Shown: positions 37,924-50,474, numbered from the stretch's first letter. The stretch: 64,000 nt of DNA from Lama glama (GCA_028534125.1 CM052816.1:20276001-20340000), one strand, 5' to 3'. Numbers and translations are program-made. Notes: generated by a model from the sequence alone, not told the origin.

Positions 37924-38316
37924 TGTTATGAACTGAATGTTTGTTTTACCCCCAAGTTCACATGTTGAAGCCCTCACACCCACATGGCTATATTTGGAGA
38001 TGGGGCCTTTAAGGAGTTAGTTAAGGTTAAATGGGGTCACAAGAGTGGGCCCCTGATCTGATAGGATTAGTGTCCTTGTGGGAGTGACTCAGGAGAGCTC
38101 GCGTTCTCTTTCTGTGTACACTCACTGAGGAAAGGCACTGTGAGGACAGAGCCAGGAGGCGGCTATCTTCAAGTCAGGAAGAGAGCTCTCACCGCAACCC
38201 AATCACCAGAGTCTTGATCGTGGACTTCCAGCCTCCAGAACTGTGAAAAGTAAATGTCTTCTGGTTAAGTCACCCAACCTGGGGTTTTGTTATAGCAGCC
38301 CAAGCAGACTAATACA
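37924..38316 (+). mobile_element. MaLR solo LTR (MLT1A/A0), near full length
   Basis: tgttatgaactgaatgtttg..catgttgaagccct..ggacttccagcctccagaactgtga..ttgttatagcagcccaagcagactaataca; no clear TSD. Confidence 0.93.
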
Positions 38317-40779
38317 CCCAGACTCTCTGGTGTTCTGGCTTTTTCTGGATCTATGTCTTCTTGCCAAGCTGCAGGGCCCAGAAGATTTGTAAGTGGTCTC
38401 TTAAGGAACTTCTCTTCCTCTGCTCTAAACATTTCTGAGTGGACCAGAGGAGTCATCAAACAATTACATAGTGATTAGCTTCTTTGTGGAGCCCAGAGAA
38501 TTGCTGGAAGAAATTGGGTAAATTCTTTTCATTCTTAATAAAACCTAACATTATCTTGCTAATGCCTGATATTAAGAGTTCAAAGTCATCTCTGTACCAT
38601 TGATCTTCAAAGGAAGATATTTCCTAATTTATTTGACAAGCCCTGAAGAAAGGTGGGTGAGGTACCTTTCAGATGGGGATTTTATTTCAATTTTGTTTTT
38701 TAAGAATCTTTTGAGCGTTTTTGTACAAAAAGTAGTGTCTTTTTTTTTCTGTTTTTATTTTTTTCAGTTGAAAACACCAATGTGTAGGGGAGGGATGCAA
38801 ACAAATAACAAAAAAGAGGCTTTTATAACATTATTATCACTGTTGAGAAAGAAGAAAATCATTCCAACAGTACTGAAAAGTCCAAAGATGAAATAATTTC
38901 ATTTTCTTCTCTAAAGGCTTGAAAAGGCCCTGCCTGTCGATTCCATCTCTTGCGTCCGGTGAAGCCGTGTTGCTCTTCAGTGGCCTAGGGGTTCACTATT
39001 GCAGAAAGATCCGCTCAGGTTCCTGGGCATGCAGCTTAAAGAGACAGGCAGGCACATCAGGGGATTAAGAACCTTCCCCTACAGAAATGCTGTGGTCAAG
39101 GAGACAGTTCCTGAGCCAGAGGAGGGGTAGGGCAGTGGCACCCCGACCCGACCCTGAGCAGAGGGTGGGGGAGTCCTGGGATCCCACTTTTACCTCCATT
39201 CCCTTCAGAAGACTGGGGAAGACTGGGGAAAGACATCATAATGATGTGCCTTGATGAAAGTGCAGCATACTTTTTGAAATGCTGGTAGAGGGACACATCT
39301 GAGGAGTAAGAAAAGCTGTGCCAGCTTGTACTACATATGGGGGAGGAAGTCATCCGGAGAAGCCGACCTCCCTTTCCTGGAGGTCCTGTAGTGTAGGAGG
39401 TTAGGTTCACCTTCCCTTTCCAGGGGACTGGACTTCTAGATGAGGCATTTCCACTGTCTCTGGACTGAAAGCACCAGATCACAATCCAGGGCCCAATTCC
39501 AGCTCTAAAATCACCCCTGTGCCAACAAATGATGTGATGGTAACTTATATCCTGCAATTGAGAAATGTCACAATATTCCGGATGGGGATTTTAGAACATT
39601 ACATAAATTTGCAACATAGGCTGACTTCTTCCCACCACTCTTGCCACTCCTGCTCTTGGCTTCCATCAAATCACTGGGTTCACTGGCAGCATGTGCATCC
39701 CTGAGCGTTCCGCTCTGAGGGGCAGGGGCCCCCGAGGAGGCTGGAACCCTTGTTTCCACCCTCTGTTTAAGGAGGAGCAGGTTCTGGTGTTGTTGGAGCT
39801 AATTTTCAAGGAGGCACAGAGAGGCGTGTTCATTGCCATCAGCCTCTTGGGACGCGGCTATTCCTGGGATCTTAATGTTTTCTGTCCTTTTTCTGAGAAA
39901 ACTCTTTCTCAATAAAAATGAGTTGTCAGCTGCTCCTGAGGCCCTATAAATTGATTTTGTCTGTCTGTTCCAGGTAGCTTCTGTGTGAAGAACCTGTATA
40001 AATCTTAGTCAGGGAGTGTTTAAAATGGCAAATTTCAGAGTAAAGGTTTAACAAAAACCATAAATAAAACTTGAGAAGTAATGGAAGCATTTATAAGCAT
40101 CTGTGGAATTCTGCACAAGAACGCCAAGCGTGGTTCGAGTGCCAAGAGATGGACTGAGGTGTAGTGCTTGCCGTGAAAGAGACCATCCATCTTTATCTGG
40201 CCTCTGCTCGGGGAGGCTGGACCTGGACAAGCACAGATGTCGGCAGGGCTCCTAGGCTGGGTTTGTGAGAGGGAGTTCATCACCATCCAGGGCAGGGAGA
40301 TGTCTGGGCTCTGGGGGCTGCCCGTGGGGGAGGAGCTTGCCAAGGAGCACTGACTTTTTGTGGTGGGAAGGTACTGACATCACAGTAATCGCATAATCCC
40401 AGTAACAAGTGAGGTGCGAATGTGTGTTTTCCAGCTAAGGAAACTGGAGCAAAGAGGGGTTTGTGATTTGTCTGCATCCTAGACCAAGGCATGGTTAAAC
40501 CTGGAGGAGAGCCAGTGGTTCCCAGGGCCTGGCCCCAGTGGTACTGGCTTGCATTCTCCCTGCCACATTTCCTCTTTCCCTGTCTTACCTCCACCTCTCC
40601 GGCAAACAGGTATTGAATGTGCTCTCTGCCAGGACCTGGCTGGGTGCCGGGGTTGTGGGAAGACGTAAAGGTGTGGGAGAGTTTTACTTCACCTCCCCTG
40701 GCAGGCCCCCTGTTCCCTTGCCTGAGAACTGCACACTTACAAGGCAACGTGCAGGACAAAGCCACAGTAACTCTCCCTC

Positions 40780-41050
40780 ACTCATTCATTCATCCAATAA
40801 GCATTTATTGAGTACCAGCTGTGTTTTAGTTTTATGCTACGTGCTCAATGCATAATTAGTGTTTGGTATGAGGGCAAAGTTCTCAGGGTGGCCCAACAGG
40901 GTTGAGATGGCTTGTAGGGGGTGGGGTCGGTGAAGACTTCCTAGAGAAGATGGAGCCGAGCTGGACCTTCATGAAAGGCAGAGTCTGGGGAGGACTGGTG
41001 GCTTCCAGATGGGAGGGCAGAATAAGAAAGGCCCAGGCGTGTGAGTGTGG
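40780..41050 (-). mobile_element. L2 3' end
   Basis: cattcattcatccaataagcatttattgagtacc; gaagacttcctagagaagatgg. Confidence 0.7.
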
Positions 41051-41100
41051 GAGTTGCGTCGAATTGGAGCGGCAAAGCAGGCCGCAGGCGGGCCACTCCT

Positions 41101-41140
41101 GGCAGTGTCACCTGTGGGGTGGCAGTGTCACCTGTGGGGT
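41101..41140. repeat. Perfect 20-bp tandem duplication
   Basis: ggcagtgtcacctgtggggt x2. Confidence 0.95.
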
Positions 41141-41512
41141 AGGCTGAGCTTTGTTCTCCTTTGGAGCTTGTAGCTCTGGGTGTTGGATGTCATCCTGGGG
41201 TCTTTGGGTTGCACCCGGGAGCTGAAATGCCAGTCTCCAGGGCTGGGGGGGGGGATGTTCTTCCTGTTCTTTCTCTCCTTCCTCCCATTTCAGGGGCCAG
41301 CATAGTCCCTGCTCCTCAAGAACATTGGTCCATTGTAAACCTCTGACCCCCAACAGCCCTCAGCCCTCTAGCAGGCAGGTCTGGAGCAGACTGTGACACT
41401 TGTCTGTGCCTGTCTCTTGCCCAGGGGTTCATCTTGTTTCCCCAGGCATCCTGGGTTGTCTGAGGACAGTCTTCCATGTCCCAAAGACCCCAGCACAGGC
41501 CTGGACACGTGC

Positions 41513-41722
41513 TGAGTGCTGCCTGATGAAATAGAGGATACCCAGTTAAATTTGAATTTCACATAAACAATAAATAATAATTTTCATATAACTCTGCCCC
41601 AAATATTTCATGGGCTATTGCATGAAATGTTTGGAACATCATTATACTAAAGAATTATTGTTTACTGACATTCCTATTTAGTTGTGTCCTTTATTTTTTG
41701 TATAGCAAAATCTGGCAACCTT
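41513..41722. mobile_element. MER53 palindromic hAT MITE
   Basis: cccagttaaatttgaatttcacataaacaa..aaatctggcaacc; the arms are degenerate inverted repeats. Confidence 0.85.
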
Positions 41723-41827
41723 GTGCTAAAAGGCTTGCTGATTGGTTATTGAAACTCAAGGGTTTCTAGGTTCATGGGAGGTACAAGTTTTAGTAACCAG
41801 GCTCGCCTAGAAGGTACAGCTAAAACA

Positions 41828-42070
41828 GAGGTTAGGAGCCTGAGCTCTGGGTCAGACAGCTCAGAACTGAATCCATTTTCCTCATTTACTAACTAGGGGG
41901 ACTAAGAGTATGTGAGAAAATTACTGCTCTCTCAGTTTCCTTACCTGTGACATGGGAAGAGCAAGAGTCCTTCCCTGATGAGTGAGGAACACAGGAGATA
42001 ATGCCTGGAGAGTGCTAGCGCAGTGCCTGCCCCTTGGTCTCAGCCGAGTGGTGGCCTCCGTTATTATTGT
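41828..42070 (+). mobile_element. MIR
   Basis: ggttaggagcctgagctctgggtcagac..ctcagtttccttacctgtga..cagtgcctg. Confidence 0.8.
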
Positions 42071-43734
42071 CACCACTACTCCGGGTGCTGTGTAGCTGTC
42101 CCCAGGAGGCCCTCTGCTCCCTCACCTCCTGCCTCTCTTCCTCCAGGCAGGCCTCTCTGGGGAGTCCCCCAACCCTCTGAGTCCCCTGATTGTGTTTTTT
42201 AAGTGAAACTCTCTAGATTTGCTTAGACCCATCAGACCTCCCTTCCTGCTGGAAACAATCATGCCTCCACCCAGTGCAGCTTAGTTGATGCCCACAAACG
42301 GGGCTTGGGTAGCAAATCCTTTGGTTGACTTGATAGTGGGACAGGGATCATTACAGATGGGACTCAGGTTTTACAAAATATATTAGGACATAAATAAATG
42401 AGATCATGAAAAGTGCATAAGGGACATCAATTATGCAGGAACCAGAAGAATGATTATAAAGTGATCTGGCCTCAGTTTCGGCCCATGAAACATTTAATTG
42501 CGGCCATTAAAGGAGAAAACATTGCTTGCTCCCTGCTTCAAAGAAGTGGGATGGTTGGGGAGGCAGCTTTGCCCAAGGGAGGGTATAAACCGTGGGATGA
42601 CCTCCTTTGTTTTTGGGCGTCTGGAGGTATAACGCCACCCAGGAGGTGCCGAGCCCTGGGACGGGGCTGGTTTGGGTGGAGAAGAGTCCTGGGGGCCCTG
42701 GGAGCCCAGCCACGGGCTCAGCAGACACTCTCCGGCTCTCTTAGCCCAGAGCACAACGGTGCGCACCTGAACATGCTGAGGGGTCATTAGACAATGTGAC
42801 CCTGGGTCCTCAAAAATCCCCCACAGGTGTCACGCTTGTCCTGTGTCTTGCCCACCAGCAGCACAGACCTGGCCCTCAGCGGGCTGGCATCTGCCGACCC
42901 TCCTGGCCTGATGCTGCTGGTGAACTTGGGCATCAAGGGAGAAGGACTGCAGACTCCGACCCTGCAAACAAACTGTCTGTGTTGGCTTCCACTGTGAGGC
43001 TTCAGCCAGCATGGCTGGTCCCCCGCCTGGCCATGATTTCTATCTCTGAAAGACCCAGACGTTACCCTGAGCCATGGTAAGGGTCTCCCAGACCTCCCTG
43101 CTTCGGGAAGGTGGGCACCTTCTTCCTCCTTCTCCTGCCCTTGTGGGCTTTGGGCCAGGCATGTCGTGTTTCAGCTGAGCCTGCTGGGGTTGGGGTGGGG
43201 GTCGCTTGCCAGCTAAAGGGATGATGACAGACTTTCCCAGGCCCGCCTGCCCTGTGGCGGGTCACTCTTGGCCATCTTGGAATCAGGGTGTGTGCCTACC
43301 TGGAGTCAATCTCCTTGCTTTAGGCCCTCCCGGCCCTTGGAGCACTGCTGCCCATGGCCATGAGAAGGAAAAGGCCAATGGTAGCAGCTGCAGGAGTGCA
43401 GCCCTCAGTAGGGGGACTGAGCAGGGTGTGTAGTGAGAGTGTGGTGTGAACCAAGAGCTTTCAGAGGGGAGACAGAGCAGGAGGTGGGCTAGCCCTGGGA
43501 CGGGGAAGGTCTCTTCCTGCTGGAGGTCAGGGTGTACGAGCATGCTCCCCATCAGCTGGGTTCTCATCACCCCTGTGGCCCTGTTCCCCTGGACCTCTCG
43601 TCCTTCCTCCCCAAAGTCATCATTTCCCTGGGTCCTGTTTATTTCTGCCTTACTGCTGTGCAAGACCAAAAGCTTTTCCTTGGAGTGGAGAAAACCATGA
43701 CATGAGCTCCCTGTTAATATCGGAGGCTCGGGAT

Positions 43735-43860
43735 TCTGATGGATGTAGGATCATATCCCTCTCTGCCACTTACAGAGTGTGCGACCTGGGATGAATTCCT
43801 TAACCTCTCAAGGCCTCCATCTCTGCTGCAGAATGGGGCTATCAATGATGCCTATCACCC
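43735..43860 (+). mobile_element. MIR fragment
   Basis: ctctgccacttac..gacctgggatgaattccttaacctctc..aatgggg. Confidence 0.75.
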
Positions 43861-44154
43861 TATGCATATATACATAAAAAGTGAATTCTTTGGTGGGTGC
43901 CCTTCAAGGAATGGTGTGTTCTCCCCAGGGTGGAGAGATGAGTGTGGGACCTTTATCCCTACTTGGACTTTTGGAGGTTGGAGTTTAGGGGCAAGCACTT
44001 GGCCTTCCTGGTCTCAGTTTGTGCATCCATGAAATAGATATAGAATGTGTTTAGATTAGTTATGAATATCAGCAAGTCAACTTTCCAAATGCTGAAGCCA
44101 TTAATTGCTGGGGTATACCCTACCCATCGACTTTAAATGTGCATTATTGGATCA

Positions 44155-44405
44155 TTACTATTACTCACAACAGTAGCTAACGTTGATCTAAAATTTCTCA
44201 TGGTACAAAGTCTGGACTAAATTCTCTGCATGTGCTCTCCCATTTGACCTCTCAACTCAGTAGCTGATAGCGCTGAGGCCTAGAAATATTAAGGGAATTA
44301 GAACTAGTGAGGTCAAGAGCCCAAGTGAGGTCAAGTGAGCCCAAGGTCATAGAACTAGTGAGTAATGGAGGCAGGATTTGAACCCTGGCAGTCTGACTCC
44401 AGAGA
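44155..44405 (-). mobile_element. MIR with an internal micro-duplication
   Basis: gcccaaggtcatagaactagtgagtaatggaggcaggatttgaaccctggcagtctgactccagag. Confidence 0.8.
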
Positions 44406-46049
44406 AGAGAAATAACAGGCAGGCTGGCATGGGAGGAGCTTTCCCAAGTCCTGCCTGTGAGCCCATCATTCTAGAAGGAGTGGACTGTGGTGAGGGGAGG
44501 GGGTGGGAAGGAACTTCTCCTGTTTTTTAACAAACCTAGAAGAAGGAGCCCCATGAAGGTGATTTCGTTTTCTCCAGGATTCTCATACCAGTCAAGCTGT
44601 GGTAATTTTTGTTGAACTAAAGACCAGTCTGGAGAGAGAAATACTTCCCCAAACCACTTGAAGATGCCTGCATGCTGAAAAGGGCAAGGCAGCCCAGCAC
44701 ACAAACGAGGGAAAGGGCACAGGGCTGGCTCAGCCATTTTGTGAGCTGATGGCTGGAAAAGAGCTTGGATTTTGCTTCTTGGGCATTTTGCACATGACGG
44801 AAGGAAAGTTTGATAGATATTGCCTGGAGCTCAGACTGGGTGGAGGATTCCACCATGATGAAGGAAGCAAGAGGGCACGTGGGGGGGTGTGTTTGTGGGT
44901 CTGGGGCTGGGTGGTTTGTAGATTTATATATAGATAAGGCTAATTTATTGCCCAAACCAGGATGCCTTTGCTTGACAGGTATTATTAATACTTGCACTGG
45001 GATGATAGTGTTAAATGAGACCGTCCTTGGTACAGTTGTAGATTGTGTTCCTATTTGTTTATTAAAGCAACCCTTCTGGCCTGTCAGGAGCAGGACCCTG
45101 TTAATCTGATATGAGTTATGTCCACATTTAGAAGTTGTGTGACAGTTTACGTAACTGCATTGAACTTGACCGTTAAAAGGCAGAGAAGAGAACTTGGAAG
45201 AGGAAAGCCACCGAGCTCCTTGGAAGGCGGGGGGGCTGCAAAGCTGTGAGACTTTGAGAGTTTCTGTGCTTAGGTTCTTCCACCTAAAGGGAACTTTTGG
45301 AGTTTTGGGAGTCACTTCTCAGACTCTAAACTTTGTACTCTTTTGTATGTGGGGGTGGGGGTGGTATCTGTGCTGAGCACTGATAGTGCAATGATTGGAG
45401 TTCTCTCGAGAGGGAGTTCCTGGCGTCCCTGAGACCTCCCCCAGCAACACTGACAGTGACAGTTGCAGGAGGGCTCCTCCCACCTCCCAAAGGCAATGTG
45501 AGGACCTGATGACAACGTCACTTTGGGGTCCTTGGGTGGTCCTCTCACTGTGCCTGGGATGAGAATTCAGGCAAATTGCCATTATTTCTCAGGGCAATAG
45601 GCAGGGGTGGAGGGCTGTGGCTGGGTACCTGTTCCCTGCTGTGTCTGACCACACTGTTACGCAGCTCTCCCTTCTTCCAAGCCCTAAGTTTTATAATCCT
45701 GTGTGTAAGTGTCACAGTGAGTTTGACGGAATATGGTTTCCGCTGGCTTGTATCTTGCACCTTTGCCACCAGAGAGGGAATGAAGCCATCCTTTCTGTCC
45801 CAAATGGAAAACTCACAGGGAACTGTCTTACTGGGCTGTCCTGACCAATCACGGAGGGCAGTGGAGGGATTTGCGGGGGCCTGGCTTAGGCCACAGCTCC
45901 AATTCTGGGCAATCGCAGTAGCTGTAGGTGACAGAAAGGTGGAACATGGCAGCTGCACTTCCTGCCACATGGCTGAAGAAGGGGAGAAGGAGTTCCTTGT
46001 AGTGGGGGTGCATTTTCTAGCAGAGGGAAAGAACACGGCAGAGAAAACT

Positions 46050-46230
46050 CTAGTGGACCGGCACATGATTTCACCAACAGTAGCAGAGGTATAGTTGTCA
46101 GTTTTTTGAAGGAACGATGTCTGGTTCGAATGTATGTATTCCTTGATTATTAGTGAGATTCACTGGCCATCTGTGTTTCCTCTTTTGTGACTCGCCTGTC
46201 TGTGGTCTTTGCCATTTTTTGGGTGGCTAT
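46050..46230 (-). mobile_element. Old L1M fragment
   Basis: attccttgattattagtgag..ctggccatctgtgtttcctcttttgtga..ctttgccattttt. Confidence 0.6.
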
Positions 46231-47514
46231 TGCTGAGTATTTCAGAGGAGTGGGGGCGGCTGAATCTGAGTTTGCTATTTTCTACCGCCTTTGGTGCATA
46301 ATTGTGTTGACTGTATTTACTTCTGCCTGGAAAAAGCCAGCTGAGTCTTCAGGAAACCACTGTGGAAATCTGAGAAAACTGCTCTCTCCTTAATCACATT
46401 TCTCATATTATGAATGGTTATTAAATATTTTATGTGAGAATTGTAATTGCTGATTAGGGCCAATATCAGTAGCCTCAGATAATCACTGTATAACACTAAT
46501 TAGAAGGTACTAACTCCCAATGAGTTGTCTGTAGTAATTTGGGAATTGGCTGTAATTGTTGGCAGCGTGAGCTGGGAGGTGGGCATGCTGGCAGGGGTGG
46601 TGCACGTGTGTCTGCAGCAAAGCCAAGTTGATGGGCAGGATAAATGCACTGGGGCAGGAATCACTCTGCTGATTTGGAGGGCTCCCTTCGGCTGAGCTGT
46701 CTTGCCTGGTGGGCGGCCTGGTAGGCTGTATGCACCCTCCATCCCAGTCGTGTGCTAGCTGGGTTAACAATGGTGGGAAGCTTCCAGCCTGAGAGGTGGG
46801 ACAACCAGTCACTGCTTCATCTGTCTGCCTGTATATGTGTCCCTCCAGCCCTGCTTTATCCCTTCCAGCACACACATACACCCCTCCCCCGGCCACACCA
46901 GTGCATAAGCCTTACTGGCTTGGTTTTCTGTAGTATTACTTTGTGAGAGTTTTGTTCTGCCTCTGGCAGGGGCAGCTGAACATCCTGCAGTGACAGTTAC
47001 TGGCTGCAGTGTGTCTGGATCACATTAGCATCCCAACTCCAGCCACCCGACGTGTATAGCTTGTGGGAGGAGGAAGGGGCTTCAGTCCTGGGGCCCACTG
47101 TCTCAGTGGGAATTATTCTGAGTTATCCCCTTCTGGGAGATTTCCTCAGCTGTGGGGCAGTGTTTCTCTCCCCTTGGGAAGTGGGCTAGAAATTGTCACC
47201 AGGGACCAATGGAGATGGCTAAGAATGTGCAGTGGGGAGCCACAGGAAGAGGGATGGTCTGTTTACACTGCCTAGGGGCATCCACTCATGGCAGCACCTT
47301 ATTGGGGGACCTGACTTAGGGGTCAGAATCTCAGCCCTGTCTCCCACCAGTTCTTGGAAAGTCACAGCCCCTCTTTGGGCCACTGCTCCCTCTTCCACAA
47401 ACAGCGGATGAGGACGCCTATCTTGCAGCTGGTCACTTTAGAGGTGGCCCAGCCTCCGGAGCCACTTGGACGGCCTGAGTCCCTGTCCATGCCTCTCTCC
47501 ATCTGTGCAGTGGC

Positions 47515-47680
47515 AGTCAAGTTACTCAGCCTTTGAGTCTCAGTTCCCTGACATGTGAAATGAGGATAATAACAGTACTGACCTCACTGCATTACTTGGA
47601 GAATTAAATGGATTGTAAGGACTTTAGAGAAGTACATGCTGCATGCGTGCTTGTTAAGTATAAATAAATAAAAGTTGCAT
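47515..47680 (+). mobile_element. MIR
   Basis: caagttactcagcctttgagtctcagttccc..tgtgaaatgaggataataacagtac. Confidence 0.8.
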
Positions 47681-47704
47681 TAACTGCCTGAGCTGTAACA
47701 GGCA

Positions 47705-48850
47705 GCACTAACCAAGTGCTTAAAACGCCCACTGTGCTAAGTGCTGGGGACACAGATGTGAAGGAGCCAGACCAGGTCCCCACTTCCAGTCTAAGGGAGA
47801 CCCAGGAGACCAGTCAGTTAGCAGGATCATGGCAGATGGGGTTTGTGCCATGAAGAGGAGGAAAGCAGGGTAAGGGGGTGAGGAATGACAGGACAGGAAG
47901 GAAGGATATTTTAAGTAGGTGGAGCCACATTTGTGTGGACACCTTAGTGAAAGGGGGGAGGTTGTCATAGGAAGAGGCGGAGGAAAAAGCAGGCAGAGTC
48001 CCTTAGCTGAGGCTGTGGCTGCTCTGCCCTGTCCCGTGGGTCCCCTCCCACGCTCATGCACACTTCTCCTGCGTCTGTGCCTTCCCTCCCAACCACTAGT
48101 GCCTGTGGCTCTTTATTGGCTAACTGACCTCAGGCTGCTGGGGCTCCTTTCCCTCCACCAGGACAGCAGGAGGTACCCGGGAATCTTCAACCCCTCACCC
48201 GCTGGAGGCCGCCTTTAACCAGTGACTGCTGGATGCACTGGTCCACCCCCCAGTGCTTTGCCCCTAATGGGGAGTGACCTCCACTGTTTCCTGGGCTCCC
48301 CAGAGGTGTTGCGTTGAGCCACTGTCATGGGACTCGGCTAGATGGTGCTCACTCACCTGGCTTCGTTCCTTCCTGATCCTTCTGGCTCGCTTCCTCACTG
48401 ACTTTCCTGGAACAGTCCCCTAATAAATCACTTTCACTTGAACCTCCTGTCAGCTTCTGGGGACCCTAACTCCGACTGGGAGTCAGAAAGGACTGTGACA
48501 TGTTGAAGGAATAACAAGAGACCAGCAGAAAGTGGGAAGAGGCTGAGTGGAGCAGAGGCAGGGCTGCATCACCTGGGGACTTGGTGGCTGTGATAGATTT
48601 GAATGTTCTCCAAGAGCAATAGGAAGTTATTTGAAGTTTCTAGGCAAAGGAGTAACATTATATGATTTATTTCATAAAAAAAAAAAACCTCTCTGGCTAC
48701 TGTGTAGAGAGTAGACTATCGGGGGACAAGAGTGGGTCAGGGGGTCCCGTTAGGAGGTGGCGGTAGTCACCCAGGAGGGCCGTGATGGGCTTGAACTCGG
48801 AGGGTAGCTGAGGGGATGGATTTGGGGTTTGTTCTGAGGATTGGTAGTGA
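47705..48850 (-). mobile_element. L2, split by an LTR16 insertion at 48014-48477
   Basis: ctgtgctaagtgctggggacacag before the LTR; ctctctggctactgtgtagag..gttaggagg after it. Confidence 0.75.
48014..48477 (+). mobile_element. ERVL LTR (LTR16 family)
   Basis: aaccagtgactg..ccctaataaatcactttcacttgaacctc..cttctggggaccctaac; AATAAA at 48422-48427. Confidence 0.8.
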
Positions 48851-49959
48851 TTAGTCACTGTTAATGTTTAGACACATGGATTCAGTTTCATAATTTACCC
48901 AAAGTCCTAGCAAGTCTGAGAGTTCAAAATGGGGCCCATGGGCTGGCGGTGGTCCTGAGGTGGTGCTCCTCATGGGTCCTCCCCCGCCCACCACAGACAC
49001 AGGAGGAAACCTCTCCTTCCTCTGAACACGGAAGCCCCTTGTTGGAACCTTTCCAACGTCACTGTATCTCACTCTGGCTGCAGGCCCACTGGGCCCTTTT
49101 GGAAGGTCACATGGGAAGAGCCCTGGCAGGATAGTGAGGTCTCGGACAGGTCCTGCCCCCTCCCTGGGCCTGGCCCCTTGTCTTGGATTGAAGGAAATCA
49201 GAGGTGGGAGTGCAGAGGCCCTTCTGAGGCCTGTTCAGTCTGTTCAGGGGCCTTTAAAGGGAGGTTGTGTTGAGGGCTCTGCCTGAGGTGTGAGGCTAAG
49301 GGGGCCCCCACTGAGACCCAGCCTGTATCACATGGGCCGAGCTGAGTGGTGTGCAGCCCAGCCTCTCACAGGCTCGTGGTTCCTATGGGCCCTCCTGGGG
49401 ACCCTCCTTTGAGGACAAGGGTCAGACAGAACCTTCTTTAGCTGTGATCGGGTTGAGATGGAATCCATTTTGCTTCTGTGAATAAAGACACCATTTCCTC
49501 AAAAAGCAAGACAGTCTTTATAAGTTCTGTTTCTTCCAGGTATGAAGTCTGTGGAATATTAAAACACTTGGTTCTGACTTTCAGAGCCCCAGGACACAGT
49601 TCTTAAGATAAATAAACTCCTTTCTGCTTAAGACATAAAAGTTCATGGTGAGCTTTAGTAGGTGGTGGGCTTCCTTCAAGAAACCTTTTCCCCTAGGCTA
49701 CGGAACTTTACATGATCTGAATATGACATAGGATGCTGCAGGTGGCTAGAACAAGGCTGTCGTTGGTTTGATCCCCAGGGCACATCTGGTGGGCAGATGT
49801 GGAGAGTACATGGGTGCTGGGCAGCCTCTCAGTGACCCCCATGGGCCCCTGGGAAGCTAGGAAACCCCACCTCTAGAGCCATAGGACCAACTGACCGGCT
49901 GAGACCCCAGTTTCCCCAGAAGTAGCCAATGGTGTCTAGATGGGTCTGACTTGTCTATG

Positions 49960-50440
49960 GCAACTTTTAACATTAAATATGCAACCTTCAACCAGAAATC
50001 CACTTCTTAGTGTCTACTCTGGAAATAACACAGTCCTAATGTGTGCAAAGATTCCAACCTGTTTTTCACAGTGACAAAATGGAAACATGCTTAAGTGTCC
50101 TGAATATTAATTAAACTGTGGAATAGTCATATTAGGACCTGCCATTAAAGGTTAAAAAATCCTTTAGCTAGATATGTGCACAGTGTTATGTAAAGACCCT
50201 CAGGTTTTATTACTAAGTGAAAAAAGGAAGATGCAAAATAATTTGTATAACATACCATTTATGTTAAAACCCTCCCATAAATGATAACTTTATTTCTTTG
50301 TATATATAAGAAATTAGACAAAGCAAACTGAAAACAGTGATTATCTCGGGAGGGGACTGGGATTGGGGGCGGCATCCTTAAGGGGGACTTTTGTTTCATA
50401 TCTACAGTTGGAGTATTTTAAAAATGAGAATATTTTCCAA
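49960..50440 (+). mobile_element. Old L1M 3' end
   Basis: aaatccacttcttag..taaactgtggaatagtcat..taagtgaaaaaaggaagatgcaaaa..aacagtgattatctc. Confidence 0.75.
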
Positions 50441-50474
50441 AACTTCTTGAATAGTGAAGAAGGTTAAGACAGGA

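Noticed and set aside
37919..38321. TSD around the MLT1A LTR
   Set aside because: The flanks ACTGG and CCCAG do not match.
44617..45315. Longest ORF (232 aa, - strand)
   Set aside because: No recognisable domain, a non-ATG start, and it runs across a motif-dense non-coding block; a chance ORF of this length is plausible in 64 kb.
45545..46094. Overlapping 172/173-aa ORFs on opposite strands
   Set aside because: No recognisable protein similarity, no poly-A/TSD of a processed pseudogene, and one end runs into an L1 fragment.
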